Positions 1 through 10,867 of a stretch of DNA of 64,000 bases are shown here, in pieces. The position numbers and the translations under genes were made by a program. The DNA comes from Callorhinchus milii. Lineage: Eukaryota. The notes beneath the pieces were generated by a model that did no database searches, had not been told where the DNA came from, and saw only the letters and a list, made by a program, of their open reading frames with translations. The stretch is taken from NCBI RefSeq assembly GCF_018977255.1, contig NW_024704742.1, positions 129,086,001-129,150,000 of the forward strand, written 5' to 3'. Every line of letters starts with the position of its first letter. The first letter of the stretch is position 1.

Positions 1-863
1 GGCCCTCCTGTTTGGCTCGCGTCAGCGCCTCCGCACCTCAGGCGCTGACACCATCAGCATCCAAGGCTGCACTCTCCACCTCTCAAAGCCGGTCAGGAAC
101 CTCGGTGTTCTGTTCGACTCTGAGCTGTCCTTTCTCCCTCATATCCGCACCACAACTGGCACTGCCTTCCATCACCTCCGGAATATCGCCAGACTACGGC
201 ACTACCTCACCCCTCACGCTGCTGAAACCCTGGCCCTCGCCTTTATCACCTCAAGGCTGGACTACGGGAACTCTCTCCTCGCCGGCCTTCCCGGCACCTC
301 CCTCCACAAGCCGCAGGTCATTCAGAACTCTGCAGCTCGTGTACTGTCCCGCACCGGGCTTCGGGACCACATCACTCCCACCCTCGCTCGCCTCCACTGG
401 CTCCCCATCCCCCAGAGGATCGATTTCAAGATCCTCATCCTCACCTACAAGGCCATTCACGGCCTTGCTCCCTCCTACCTCTCTGACCTACTATCCCCCT
501 ACCTACCTGCCCATACCCTCCGTTACTCTCCGGTCTGCTCCACATCCCCCGCCCCAACCGCCCTACCATCGGTGGCCGGGCCTTCAGCCTCTCAGCCCCT
601 AGGCTTTGGAACTCTATTCCCCCAGTGCCTTCGCCGCTTCCTCCCTTTCCTCCTTCAAGGCCGGTCTCAAGACCTTTCTCTTTGACCGAGCCTTCGGCTC
701 CCCTCTCGACTCGCTAACCCCTCCTCGCTCCCTCCCTTCCCTTCCCTCTCCCTGACCATTTCCCCCCTGCTCGGGTCCTGACCCAACTGTACAGCGCCTT
801 GGGACGTCCTCCCGACGTGAAAAGCGCTCTATAAATGGAATCTTGTTGTTGTTGTTGTTGTTG
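1..863 (+). mobile_element. Young L2-clade LINE, 3' portion (ORF2 C-terminus, 3' UTR, stem-loop, (TTG)n tail); runs off the left edge
   Basis: Near-identical to the reverse complement of 27110-28020; encodes [36 protein letters not shown], typical of the L2 ORF2 C-terminus; ends ataaatggaatc(ttg)n. Confidence 0.93.
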
Positions 864-1182
864 AAAGCCGCTATACAAATGTAATTTGTTATTGTTGAAA
901 CTATTTTTTGAGCTAAATTCATTCACCACTTTCGAGACTCAGTGCTTGCAGCAGAATGTTTTGTGTGATTGAGAAATGCAAGTGCAGATGAATATTAGAA
1001 CAGAGGCTTTTCTCTTGCAAAGAGTTTTGATCCACAAGTTGAACCTTCAACTTGGAGTCCTTTCAAAGCAACAATAGCCCTCAGGCCAGTCTCTGCAGTT
1101 CATTGGCAGCTAAAAGTAATAATTGTTATAAATTAATGATGAACTAAGCAAAAACTAAAAGCCATTAGATGGCCAACATTTA

Positions 1183-1600
1183 TTTTTGGTCAGCCGGATG
1201 TCTGACACATTCAGAAACCCTTCACCATTCTTAAGAGTACCCAAACCAAACTAAGAGTTACAAGATTCTACACATGGACATTCCCATGATTGGAATGAAA
1301 GTGCATTCTCTCCCGGAGAGACACACCCTGCTTACCTAATTCTGGATAGCATAGACTTTCTTCTATGCTGTAAATGTCTTTTGATGCTTCCACCAAGAAT
1401 AGCAAAATTTACCATTGATAGTATTGTCTAGCAGCTTCCCACCACTTGCCCAGCTCAGATCCTACCTCTACCCTATGGTTGGCCAACAAAATAAATTTTC
1501 TTGATTGAATATTTCTTTATGCCACTTCCAGCCTGCGGACCGCAGGTTGGCATCACTGCCTTAGTGCTTTGCCTTACAGGATTAACAGGAGCTGAGTGTC
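1183..1600 (-). repeat. Unclassified interspersed repeat 'family C', degraded copy
   Basis: ttttggtcagcc...cttaagagtacccaaaccaaac...cctgcttacctaattctgga shared with 18696, 42033, 50508 and the reverse complements of 5245, 30100, 56660. Confidence 0.75.
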
Positions 1601-1869
1601 CAGTATGGACTGAAATCTGATTTCTGACCATTCATCTTTTTTAAAACAATCAAAAATAATGGATAGGAGGGAAGTTATCATACAATCAAGCTCTCCAGAA
1701 GATTTCAGAAACCTATCGTTCGACGTCTGAGATTATAAGACTAGACTTGAATCTCCTCTTATTATTCACAATAGCTGCTTGTTTTTGACAATGTATTTGT
1801 CTTTTCATACCCTGCTGTGCTCCTGGATTGCAAACTTTGCACATGTTTCATCTACCAGTAAATCTGCAA

Positions 1870-2200
1870 CATTGCAGTGTTTTCACAAGTGGCAGGTTGT
1901 GGTTGCTTTTCCTTTATTTTAATGCTTTATGGGAAAAAAGAAGGGAGTTTCACCCAGTGTCCTGGACAACAATCCTCCAAATTAAATTGGTCATTAAATT
2001 ATTGTGGGACAATATTGATTATTTGTGGGACATTGCAGCATTGCAGTTGGCTTAGTTAAAGTCCCATCCGAAGAAGAGCACCTCCAACAATGAAGCGCAC
2101 ACTCAGCACCAAATTGGAGCATCAGGACTTTCGTCCAAACTCTTGATGTGATACTTGAAGCGACAATCTTCTGACGTAGAGGTTAGAGTACAAGAAACCA
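1870..2200 (-). mobile_element. Degraded Deu-domain-type SINE fragments (family B), mixed orientation
   Basis: gggagtttcacccagtgtcctgg (+) and catccgaag...cacctccaacaatg (-) match the family B body. Confidence 0.55.
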
Positions 2201-2464
2201 AGCCAAGCTGACACCTAGCTCTGAGATGCATTGAATATACTGAGATTTCCACCACAATATCCAATTCCAGATGTCTGGGTATAGAAAAAGGATGGCCAAG
2301 TGTGTTGGAGGGAACTCCAAAGGACCCCATGGCACTACTTGACAAAAGGGAGACTCTCCTGGTGTCCTGGCTAACAATCCTGCACATTATGTCACACACT
2401 GCCATGTTCACCCACAAAATACACATAACAGCAAATACTGTGAAATGCTCCAGATGTGAAATGC

Positions 2465-2660
2465 GCTACAACAACAACAACTTACCATTCACACAGGATA
2501 GTGTCTTGAAGTGTGGAACAATAGCATAGTTTGATACTGAACCAGGGAGAAAGGGGAGGTGACCATAGGTATAGTCAAAGAGGAAAGTCTTCAGGTCTGA
2601 TCTGAAGATGGGCAAAGAGGGAGCAAGGTGGAGGGATTGAGGCATGAGTACAAAATGGAA
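2465..2660 (-). mobile_element. Old L2 3'-end fragment
   Basis: (caa)n tail followed by gtcaaagaggaaagtcttcagg...gcaaggtggagggatt, homologous to the L2 3' end. Confidence 0.6.
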
Positions 2661-2918
2661 GGATTACATTATTATTTTTATTCTTATACCTCTCACCAAT
2701 TGCATAACATGCAGCTGCATAAAACTAGAATTGTTCATTAGATAATCTTTACCTACACACTTTCTCTTTCTCCCTCTCTTTAATTTCCATCTCTCCTTTT
2801 TCCATATGTTCTCCTCGTGAGGGAAAATTGAAGTAACACAAGAATTGACACTTGTCACTTGCCCACCTTGCTAGAAATACTAATCTTAATAATAGTCCTT
2901 ACATTAAATATAGCCCCT

Positions 2919-3258
2919 TATAATAATAATGATAATAATAATAATAATAATAATCCTTGCATTTGATGTAGCGCTTTTCACGTCTTCTAGATGTCTCAAA
3001 GCGCTTCACAGAATAGACAGTAAAGTGAATTGATTGTATATTTGTGGGCGAAATGCAGCAGCCAATTACGCACAGCAGTGTCCCACAAACAGTCGTGGAT
3101 TGAAAATGACCAATTTATTATTGTTTTTTTTTCTTGAGGGATTATTATTAGGCGTGTGGAGTAAGGAAACTTGCCCAAGTTTTCACCCTGCCTGGAATTG
3201 AACCCAGGTCTTTCGCTTGCAAAGCGAGTGCTCTAACGACTGTGCTATAGGACTCCAC
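2919..3258 (-). mobile_element. tRNA-derived SINE family A, short subfamily, full length
   Basis: Reverse complement has a tRNA-like head (tagcacagtcgttagagc; gggttcaattcc), ttgggcaagtttccttactccacacgcc, Deu-like 3' part, hairpin and (ATT)n tail; ccttat on both flanks. Confidence 0.9.
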
Positions 3259-3349
3259 CTTATCACGTCACTGAAATATTCTAATGATCTGGGTGACGCT
3301 ATCCTGTGTGAAGGGTGCTGTATAAATGCAAGTTGTTGTCAGTGTTGTT

Positions 3350-3915
3350 GACGGTATTTGTAGTCAAATGCACCAGCCAATTTTCGCACAGCAAAGTTCC
3401 ACAAACAGCCATGAACGAAATGATCAATTCTATCTAGGGGTGGCAAGGACACTGGGAGAAACTCCCTTCTCTTTTTGAATAATTCCATGGGATCTTTAAA
3501 GCCCACTTGAATGCAATGGGAACTTGTTTAATGTCTTGTCTGAAGTATAACAAGACAGTGCACCACTAGGACTGGAGTGTCTGCCAAGACTGTGAGTTCA
3601 ATATCCTGACATAGGGCTTGAGCCTACAACCTTCGGCAAAGATGTTTTGGGCTCTTTCCTGGATGATAAAAAAACAAAATGGTCAGCAAGAAACATTATA
3701 ATAATAATAATCCTTACATTTGACATGCATATTGGGAGGACATCTCAAATTGCTTCACAAAATAAGTTGTAAATTTTGCTGAAGTCACTGTGCATTTTGT
3801 AAGCAAACATGACAGCCAACTTGCACTCAGCAGTGTCCCACAAAACAGCCATGAAGTGAATGACCAATTTTATTTCGGGAATTGTTGGCCAAGACACCGG
3901 GAGAAACTTCCACAA
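3350..3915 (-). mobile_element. Two degraded Deu-type SINE (family B) copies
   Basis: ccaggacactgggagaaactccc-like and ccatgggatcttt motifs; gtcccacaaaacagccatgaagtgaatgacc. Confidence 0.65.
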
Positions 3916-5244
3916 TTAAGGCAACGATATCTGATTGGCAAATGCTGCATTTTCAATGCCATTGTCTTGAAAGTGCTTTGAAATGTGCTGACTCGCTGAC
4001 AGCTGAAGACAAGCCAACACAAATGCCAAGCTCTCCTCCTCCCTGAAAATGACACCAATGGTCCCATTAGCTCAGACAGTGCTCTCCACATAACACCGGG
4101 TCTTAAGCATACACCAACAGCCCTCTTCAAATAAAGACAAGACTCAGTCTTCACACTGCACATTGAATATTATTACAGCTACGTAAATAAGCTTTTTGGA
4201 ATGATGAATGGCACACATTAAAAAACAAAACTCTGGAATTCAAAATAAAATTAGCACTAAAATTCATCGCAAAGGAATACTTTGGTAAACTTAAGGCCCG
4301 CTATCTATAATTAGAGAATAAATCAATAAGACTGTTGAGTTACATCAAATTTTTTTTAGTACTGAACGTAAAACTGCAACCATTCTTGTAGCACTTCATT
4401 TTGAACCGCAAGGGTTTAATAAAAAAACAATAATAATAATCCTTTCATTTGGTATAGCGTTTTTCACGAGGTCGATTCAAAGCACTTCACAGGATACACT
4501 CTAAAGTGTAGTGACTGTTTAATTTATAGGAAACCCCTGTTTATTTTGTGTGCAGCAACACCCCACAAATACCCATGAAGTGAGCGAAAATTGTATTGAG
4601 GGGATTGTTGGCCAGAACACTGGGAGAAACTGACTTTGGGGTCTAACCATAGTGCCAGCAATGAGGGGTGGGGAAGGAGGAGATGTGGCAATGCACATCC
4701 AGTACCAGTTCACAATGATTGACCAAAATTCAACCTTTCTTAATTGATTCAATGTGATATTTATAAGACATTATTTTTTCTCCCCATAGAAACAAGGGTG
4801 TTGAAATCCTGGAGCAAAGAGAGTTTGGAAGGTGCTGCATATTTTTCCTGAGCTAAGATGTTAATGGTGTGATATTCCTTCTTCTGAATGTTAGTCTCTG
4901 GCAGATTCCATATCTGATGGCAGAATTGTAGGCAACCCAAAGCCAATTTCAGAAGAATTGTGTTTAAAATGGTTCATAGCAATAATAATAATAATAATCA
5001 TCCTTGCAGTTAATATAGCACTTAATCAGGTTCTCAAAATATGCCAAACCACTTCATAGGTTTTACTGTAATGTGCAATGAATATAGATTTATAGGTGAA
5101 CACAGCAGACAATTTTACACAGCACTGTCCCACAAACAGCCATGAAATAAATGATAATAATAATCCTTGCATTTGATATAAAGCTTCATCACATCATTTT
5201 GAAGTCTGAAAGCGCTTCACAGTTTGGCAACTGAATGTAAGAAT

Positions 5245-5520
5245 CGAGTCAAGCCTCTATGGGAGTCATCCCACTCAGCTCTTGTTAACCCTGCAAGCTA
5301 AAGGCCTAATGGATAGAATAGTCCTAACTGAAAACAACCCTCTGGAATTAGATAAGCAGGATATGTCCCTCCAGGGAGAGAGTGCACATTCCAATCCAAT
5401 AAATATCTCAGGAATTTCCATGTGTAGGTGGGTTGTATGCAACACTCAGTTTGGTTTGGATACTGCTATGCATGGCAATGCGTTTTCACATTTGTAAGAC
5501 ACCCAGTTGACCAAAAAAAA
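5245..5520 (+). repeat. Family C repeat, 3' part ending in an A-run
   Basis: ggaatttccatgtgtaggtggg...cagtttggtttggatact...gttgaccaaaaaaaa. Confidence 0.75.
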
Positions 5521-5812
5521 GATTTATAATGTTCACCTAAACAGGCCGATTGGTTTAACATCTCATTGCAAGATCACAAGATCGCAAAATTGGTTTGGAT
5601 AAAAAAGACCATTCAACCAATCTAATCTCATCCTTCCAGAATACTCACCCGCTCATGTTTGCCCATAAATAAAGTCACTATACTCAACAGTAATTCCTGT
5701 GAAATGCTTTGAGATTTCTCACCAACATAATAAAGCACAATATCAAATGCAAGGATTATTATAGTTTAAAGATAGTTAAGTTCAGACCAAAATATTTAGC
5801 CCCAACTTGATT

Positions 5813-6130
5813 GTGGAGTCCTGTAGCTCAGTGGTTAGGGCACTTGTCTCACAAGCGGGAGGCTCAAGTTCAATTCCCAGCAGGGCAAAAGCTTGGGCAA
5901 GTTTCCTTACTCCACACGACTGATAATAATCCCTCGAGAAAAATAAACAATAATAAATTGGTCACTTCAATCCATGACTGTTTGTGGTACACTGCTGTGC
6001 GCAACTGGCTGCCGCGGTTGGCCCACAAATATGCAGTTAATTCACTTTACAGTATATTCTGTGAAGCACTTTGAGATGTCTCGAAAACATGAAAAGTGCT
6101 AAATCAAATGCGAGGATTATTATTATTATT
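5813..6130 (+). mobile_element. SINE family A, short subfamily, full length
   Basis: gtggagtcctgtagctcagtggttag (A box), gttcaattccc (B box), ttgggcaagtttccttactccacacg, (ATT)n tail. Confidence 0.9.
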
Positions 6131-6879
6131 AAGGATTATTGTAATCATTACCATCTTCCCATCACAGCAGCAAGCTGTCATCTGAAGGACAGCACATCCT
6201 CCAGCTTGACACTGGAATGACATCCTAAACTATGAGGTCAAAGTCTCAACATGGGATGTGAACTCACAATCTTCTGATTCAAAGACTTGAATGCTACAAA
6301 CTGAACTATGCTGAAAACTTTTATCTAAATTTGTGCAAATTTCTAAAGAAAAGCAATTCCAAACTGTATGAAATTGTTATGGATTACTACTTGTCCTAGG
6401 CAGAATGAGTTCTTCGAAACCACTTCCTCATTCGATTGAAAACCTTTCTGTTTTTCTACCTCCAGCAAAGATACTTATATTTGTAACGTTACAGGTAGGG
6501 TGCAGTAACTCTCCCTAAAGAAAGACAAATTAAATACTGGAGTTAATGGCTCTTCTCATTTGAATGCCAATGAACACTACAACAACAAGATATCATTACG
6601 ACAGAATCCTATGAATACCAATGAATACTATCTTTCAGCGTCCCTATATGTGATTTGAATCTTTATGCCACAATGGGATTGAAAAGTAGTACAATTACTG
6701 AAATGTCAGCCAACAAAAAAGAGCCCCGTGATGTAAAACATCTCCAGTGGGGAGTCCATGTATGTTACATCGACTCAAGAGACCGAGGCTCTGACCCAAG
6801 GTTATCTCAGAGCCGAGATCTCGTGTATCTTGGGTGTACTTGAAGATTCTCACTGGAGATTCCCATTTTCTCATGGTGA

Positions 6880-7110
6880 GGGAAGACTTGGAGGTGCAGA
6901 CCAGTCAGTGGTGGTTGGGATTCTTCCCATTCAATTCCTGTTTACTCTGCAAGTCAAACCCTAATTTGAATGGTGGTCCTACCTGGACTACCAGCAGGAC
7001 AGCTTATCAGACAGTGTTCTCAATGATAGGAAATGTGTTGTTTAGCTGGATAAACTCTAGCAGTACCACAATGCACACTCTGGAGTCTCCACATTTTGTC
7101 TCTTGTCAAC
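6880..7110 (+). repeat. Family C repeat, diverged internal fragment
   Basis: gcagaccagtcagtgg...cccattcaattcctgtttac...ggtggtcctacctgga aligns with 56885-56980. Confidence 0.6.
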
Positions 7111-7189
7111 CTTGGCTATCATCAAAGGATGCTGGTACTTCGCTAACTCTAAAACAAGGGGACCTAGACTGGGGCTCAGAGGTGGGAAA

Positions 7190-7512
7190 GCAAACACACA
7201 GGCTAGACTTATTTAATTGACACAGAGAGTGATGAATATGTGGAATGAACTATCTCAGGAGACAACGGAGGCAGCCTGACAAAAAAACATGATTACACAT
7301 TATGAGCAAGAGAGGCATGTTTAATTTATGTTAAACTTTGGGAATAGCCAAATGGGTCACAATGGCTGTTTTTTGTTCTGTACATCAATATGTTTCTAAG
7401 GATATGGGAAAAGAGCAGGTAAATTGGATTAGAATAAATAGCTATTACGGCTCAATCAGAATGATCTGAATGACCAACAATGGTCTCTTTTTGAGTTGAA
7501 ACGTCTTATGAT
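7190..7512 (+). mobile_element. Degraded CR1-clade LINE 3'-end fragments
   Basis: cacagagagtgatgaatatgtggaatgaact (RV..WN motif) and gggaaaagagcaggtaaattggattag...cttatgattc tail. Confidence 0.55.
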
Positions 7513-8457
7513 TCGATATTGAAATTATAGTTCAGTAACACTTTTCATTGACTCAGATAAAATCCTGGTCGTCAATGTCTCTTGTTCATACTAATAATTA
7601 TGCAATTATTATTTAGGGGTCAAAGTGGTATTCCTTCAAGCTTTCCTTTACTTATTGAAGGAATGTTTCATGGAAAACCAGCAGATGGTGCCCCACTCCT
7701 GGTAAGTGTTTTTTTGTTCCTATCAGATACCTTAACGCTACCATTTCCTTTGATCCAAAGGTGAGTTCTAGTAATCAAACCTGGGAAAGCAATACAGTAG
7801 TGAGCAAAAAATAGAATCTAGAGCCTCATTAATAAATGGAGTCTAGAATTTACAAAAAATAGTTCACATCAGGGTACAAGAAAATGATAGTACGAGGACC
7901 CTGCTAAAACATGGCAGTGCTAGAACAAATCGCATATCTATAGTGGGACGCCACCTACTGGCATTCCCTAAAGTGTTCCTTAAATAAGTTGAAGAATGTT
8001 GCAAAAAACACTGTCAATTTTACCCCATAATATTTCAAGTACGAATGACTCATACAGCGTCATAGCATTTACGTCATTACAAAGCTGCGAAAACAGTTCA
8101 AAGTACTATAATCAAAGAGGCACTGTTTTCATGAAAAAGTATTTGGGGCCTTTTTTTGGGTTACAAATACACAAAGCGCTAACGTAAACTGTATAAAAAA
8201 AGTTAATTGAATCATTTGCACTCAATAGCACTATGATGAAAATAATGTATGACTTCACTTTTGCACAAAAGGTTTGCCAAAAACAAAGCAAGTTTCAGAA
8301 GATGTCAACTGAATTTCTTGGCAAGAACAAATACATTGCTAAGGCACTTTATACATAAAATAATGTCTCCAAATCCTAACAGATGTACACTCCAAACAAG
8401 AAGTAGGAGGAATTTAGAGGCAAACCAAAGGCAATCAAAGAGATAGTATTTAGAATA

Positions 8458-9025
8458 TAATAATAATTCTTGCATTTGATATAGGGTATTATTACGTCTT
8501 TGAGACGTTTCAAAGCACCTCACAGAATGTATTGTAATAATAATAATCCTTGCATTTGATGTAGCACCTTGTCACGTCTTTGAGGCGTCTCAAAGCAGTA
8601 CACAGATTATATTGTAAAATGAATTGACTGTATATTTTGGGGGCAAAATACGGCAGCCAATTGTGCATAGTAGTATTCCACAAACAGTCGTGGATTGAGT
8701 GACCAATTTTATTTTTTGAAGGAATTATTATCCTCAGAAAAGTGATTCGCCAATTGACTAACAACTGGGTTGCTACTTACTATTAGGTAAACAGAGGCAT
8801 GTGGAGTAAGGAATCTTGCCCAACGTTTCACCCTGCTGGGAATCAAATCCAGGTCTCTTGCTTGTGAGGTGAGTTCTCTAACTCACTGAGCGACAGGACT
8901 TCACACTATATTGTAAATCCACACTGTAAAGTGGATTGGCTGTGTATCTTGTGGCAAAACATGGCAGCCAATTACGCACAGCTGACACATTGGACATAAA
9001 GTCATGGAATGAATGACCGCATTTT
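8458..9025 (-). mobile_element. Older SINE interrupted by a full-length family A (long) SINE at ~8535-8905
   Basis: Host tail at 8458-8537 continues at 8909-9025; tattgtaa duplicated at 8530-8537 and 8909-8916. Confidence 0.85.
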
Positions 9026-10542
9026 TAGAAATTAAAACTGGGAGAGATACACTGAGAATTTATTTTGGAATAGAATTCATAACATGGACATGGTGACTGA
9101 AGGATTAGCTTGTAATCGTGGAGCAGAAAGAATGAGGACAAGCAGTGAATTGGAGTCAGAGGAGTACAAAGTGTAGGCTGTGATGTAGGACTGGAAACGA
9201 TTGCGTAAATAAGGTGGAGAAAAATCTGGTTCTCCTTTAGTCCTAGTTTCCATCTTAGTTTGCTCAACTTGATGGAATATGCCAGCTCTTCTCTGGACTT
9301 TGATGCTTCCTGAACTTGATAATAATATAATAATCCTTGCATTTGGTATAATGGGTTATCATGTATTCGGGACATCTCAAAGCACTTCACAAAATATACT
9401 GTAAAGTGAATTGACTGTATTTTTTTGAGGGTAAAAATATAAAAAATATAAAAAAATATTTAAAAGAATGGATTGGTTGAAGAAGGTCCTTCAGCCCATT
9501 TGATCTCATATTTCCAGAATCCCATCTTCACGTTGTAGTATCAAGCTGTTGCTTTTGACCTTTATCTCCTACACCACAACACTTACCCTAACAAGCCCAC
9601 ACTAACTCTCTTATCACCTACATAATCCAACAGGATCAACCAAACTACACTTGTCACCAATACCCGGTGCCCTTGCATTTGCCTTTCTTAAGCAAGGTGT
9701 GGGGTATATTTACCATCTCTCTATGTACAACTAAGTAACCTTACCCCTGCATCACTCCTGATAGAATGGTATCTCAGGATTAAGCTGCTTTGCCCTTTGC
9801 ATTGGGGAAAGTAAATACTCTGTGAGTCCTTGGCTGGTTCAAATGGCTTTCATGCATATCCCAATCATGCACAGCTTCTAATTATTGTCTATTGGAGACA
9901 CAGATGATAAACCCATGGAATAATATAATCACATTCATCAGCCCCTCCCTACAAGCCAGCAGATCATATGTTGGATCTTGCAGCAGGATTACCTTCATAA
10001 ACTAGACTTAAACCACTTCAAATAGATTTATACAAAGTTTTGGTTATGGGCTTCCCTCCATATGTCAACCAGTCGTATTCCCACTAAATCAATGCAGAGC
10101 TTTTAACACCTCTGGATAAGTGCTCTCTCCCAAGGATTTAATCAACAAATATGCAAATCTAAAAATATACCAATAACATTCTTCAATGGTTAGGTTATAT
10201 AAAATAGTGAAGAAACATGCTCCTTAACTTATTATCTCCATTGAAATTGTTATGGCAAATGTTCACTCCTGAATCAATGACCCAATAAATTACTGTGAGC
10301 ACCACTCAATAAATAGCTTCAGGACTGTACTCAATACATTGCCTTGAGAGGTACTTCACAACTTGTTTCATCTTCATAAATTACCCCATATCTTGCACTA
10401 AACTAATTACAAATCACCCAAGCAGTTATGTCATAGCTGTCTTTGCCAACAAATGTTCTTTCAACAAATTATTGTCATGAGCTTCACTCAAGGAAAAAGT
10501 CTCTGGATAAATAAACCAGTGAACCAGGCTCAATAAATTATG

Positions 10543-10796
10543 AAATAAAAATAGAAGTCGTTGGGAATACGCAGCTGGTCAGGCAGAATCTATAGAGAGA
10601 GGAAAATTAGTTAACATTTCAGGTCAATAACCTTCCATCAGAACTCAGAACTCATCAGGGTTTCTGATGAAAGGTTATTGACCTGAAAAGTTAACTAATT
10701 TTCCTCTCTCCGTAGATGCTACCTGACCTGTTGCATGTTCACAGCGACTTCTGTTTTTATTTCAGATTTTTAGCACCTACAGTATTTTGCCTTTTG
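10543..10796. mobile_element. Fold-back (inverted-repeat) element, probably Penelope-like pseudo-LTR-derived, with 13-bp TSD
   Basis: Arms ~10541-10643 and ~10662-10764 are reverse complements; tcaataaattatg duplicated at 10530-10542 and 10797-10809; hammerhead-like cores in both arms. Confidence 0.8.
10660..10696 (+). ncRNA. Degenerate minimal type I hammerhead ribozyme motif
   Basis: CTGATGA (10664-10670), stem II aggt-tattg-acct, GAAA (10685-10688), a-GTT, aact; mirror copy on the minus strand at 10609-10645. Confidence 0.55.
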
Positions 10797-10867
10797 TCAA
10801 TAAATTATGCATGAGTTCCCATCAGGCTGCTTCTTATTCTTTCCATCATGTTAGATATTACTATACG

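Larger units (their letters stand above)
9600..10860 (-). mobile_element. Possible highly decayed L1/Tx1-clade ORF2 C-terminal remnant
   Basis: Minus strand gives broken peptides (GRKPITKTLY, KVILLQDPTYD, YLLSPMQRAK) loosely like the zinc-knuckle region of L1/Tx1 ORF2; many stops and frameshifts. Confidence 0.25.

Noticed and set aside
12..602. 196-aa Ser/Pro-rich ORF, and the similar 27218-28012 and 37232-37819 ORFs
   Set aside because: Alternative frames of C-rich L2 ORF2 sequence, which are naturally stop-poor; not independent genes.
2996..3178. Recurrent short ORFs with CLWDTAVRNWL / YIKCKDYYY peptides
   Set aside because: Translations of the shared SINE 3' module.
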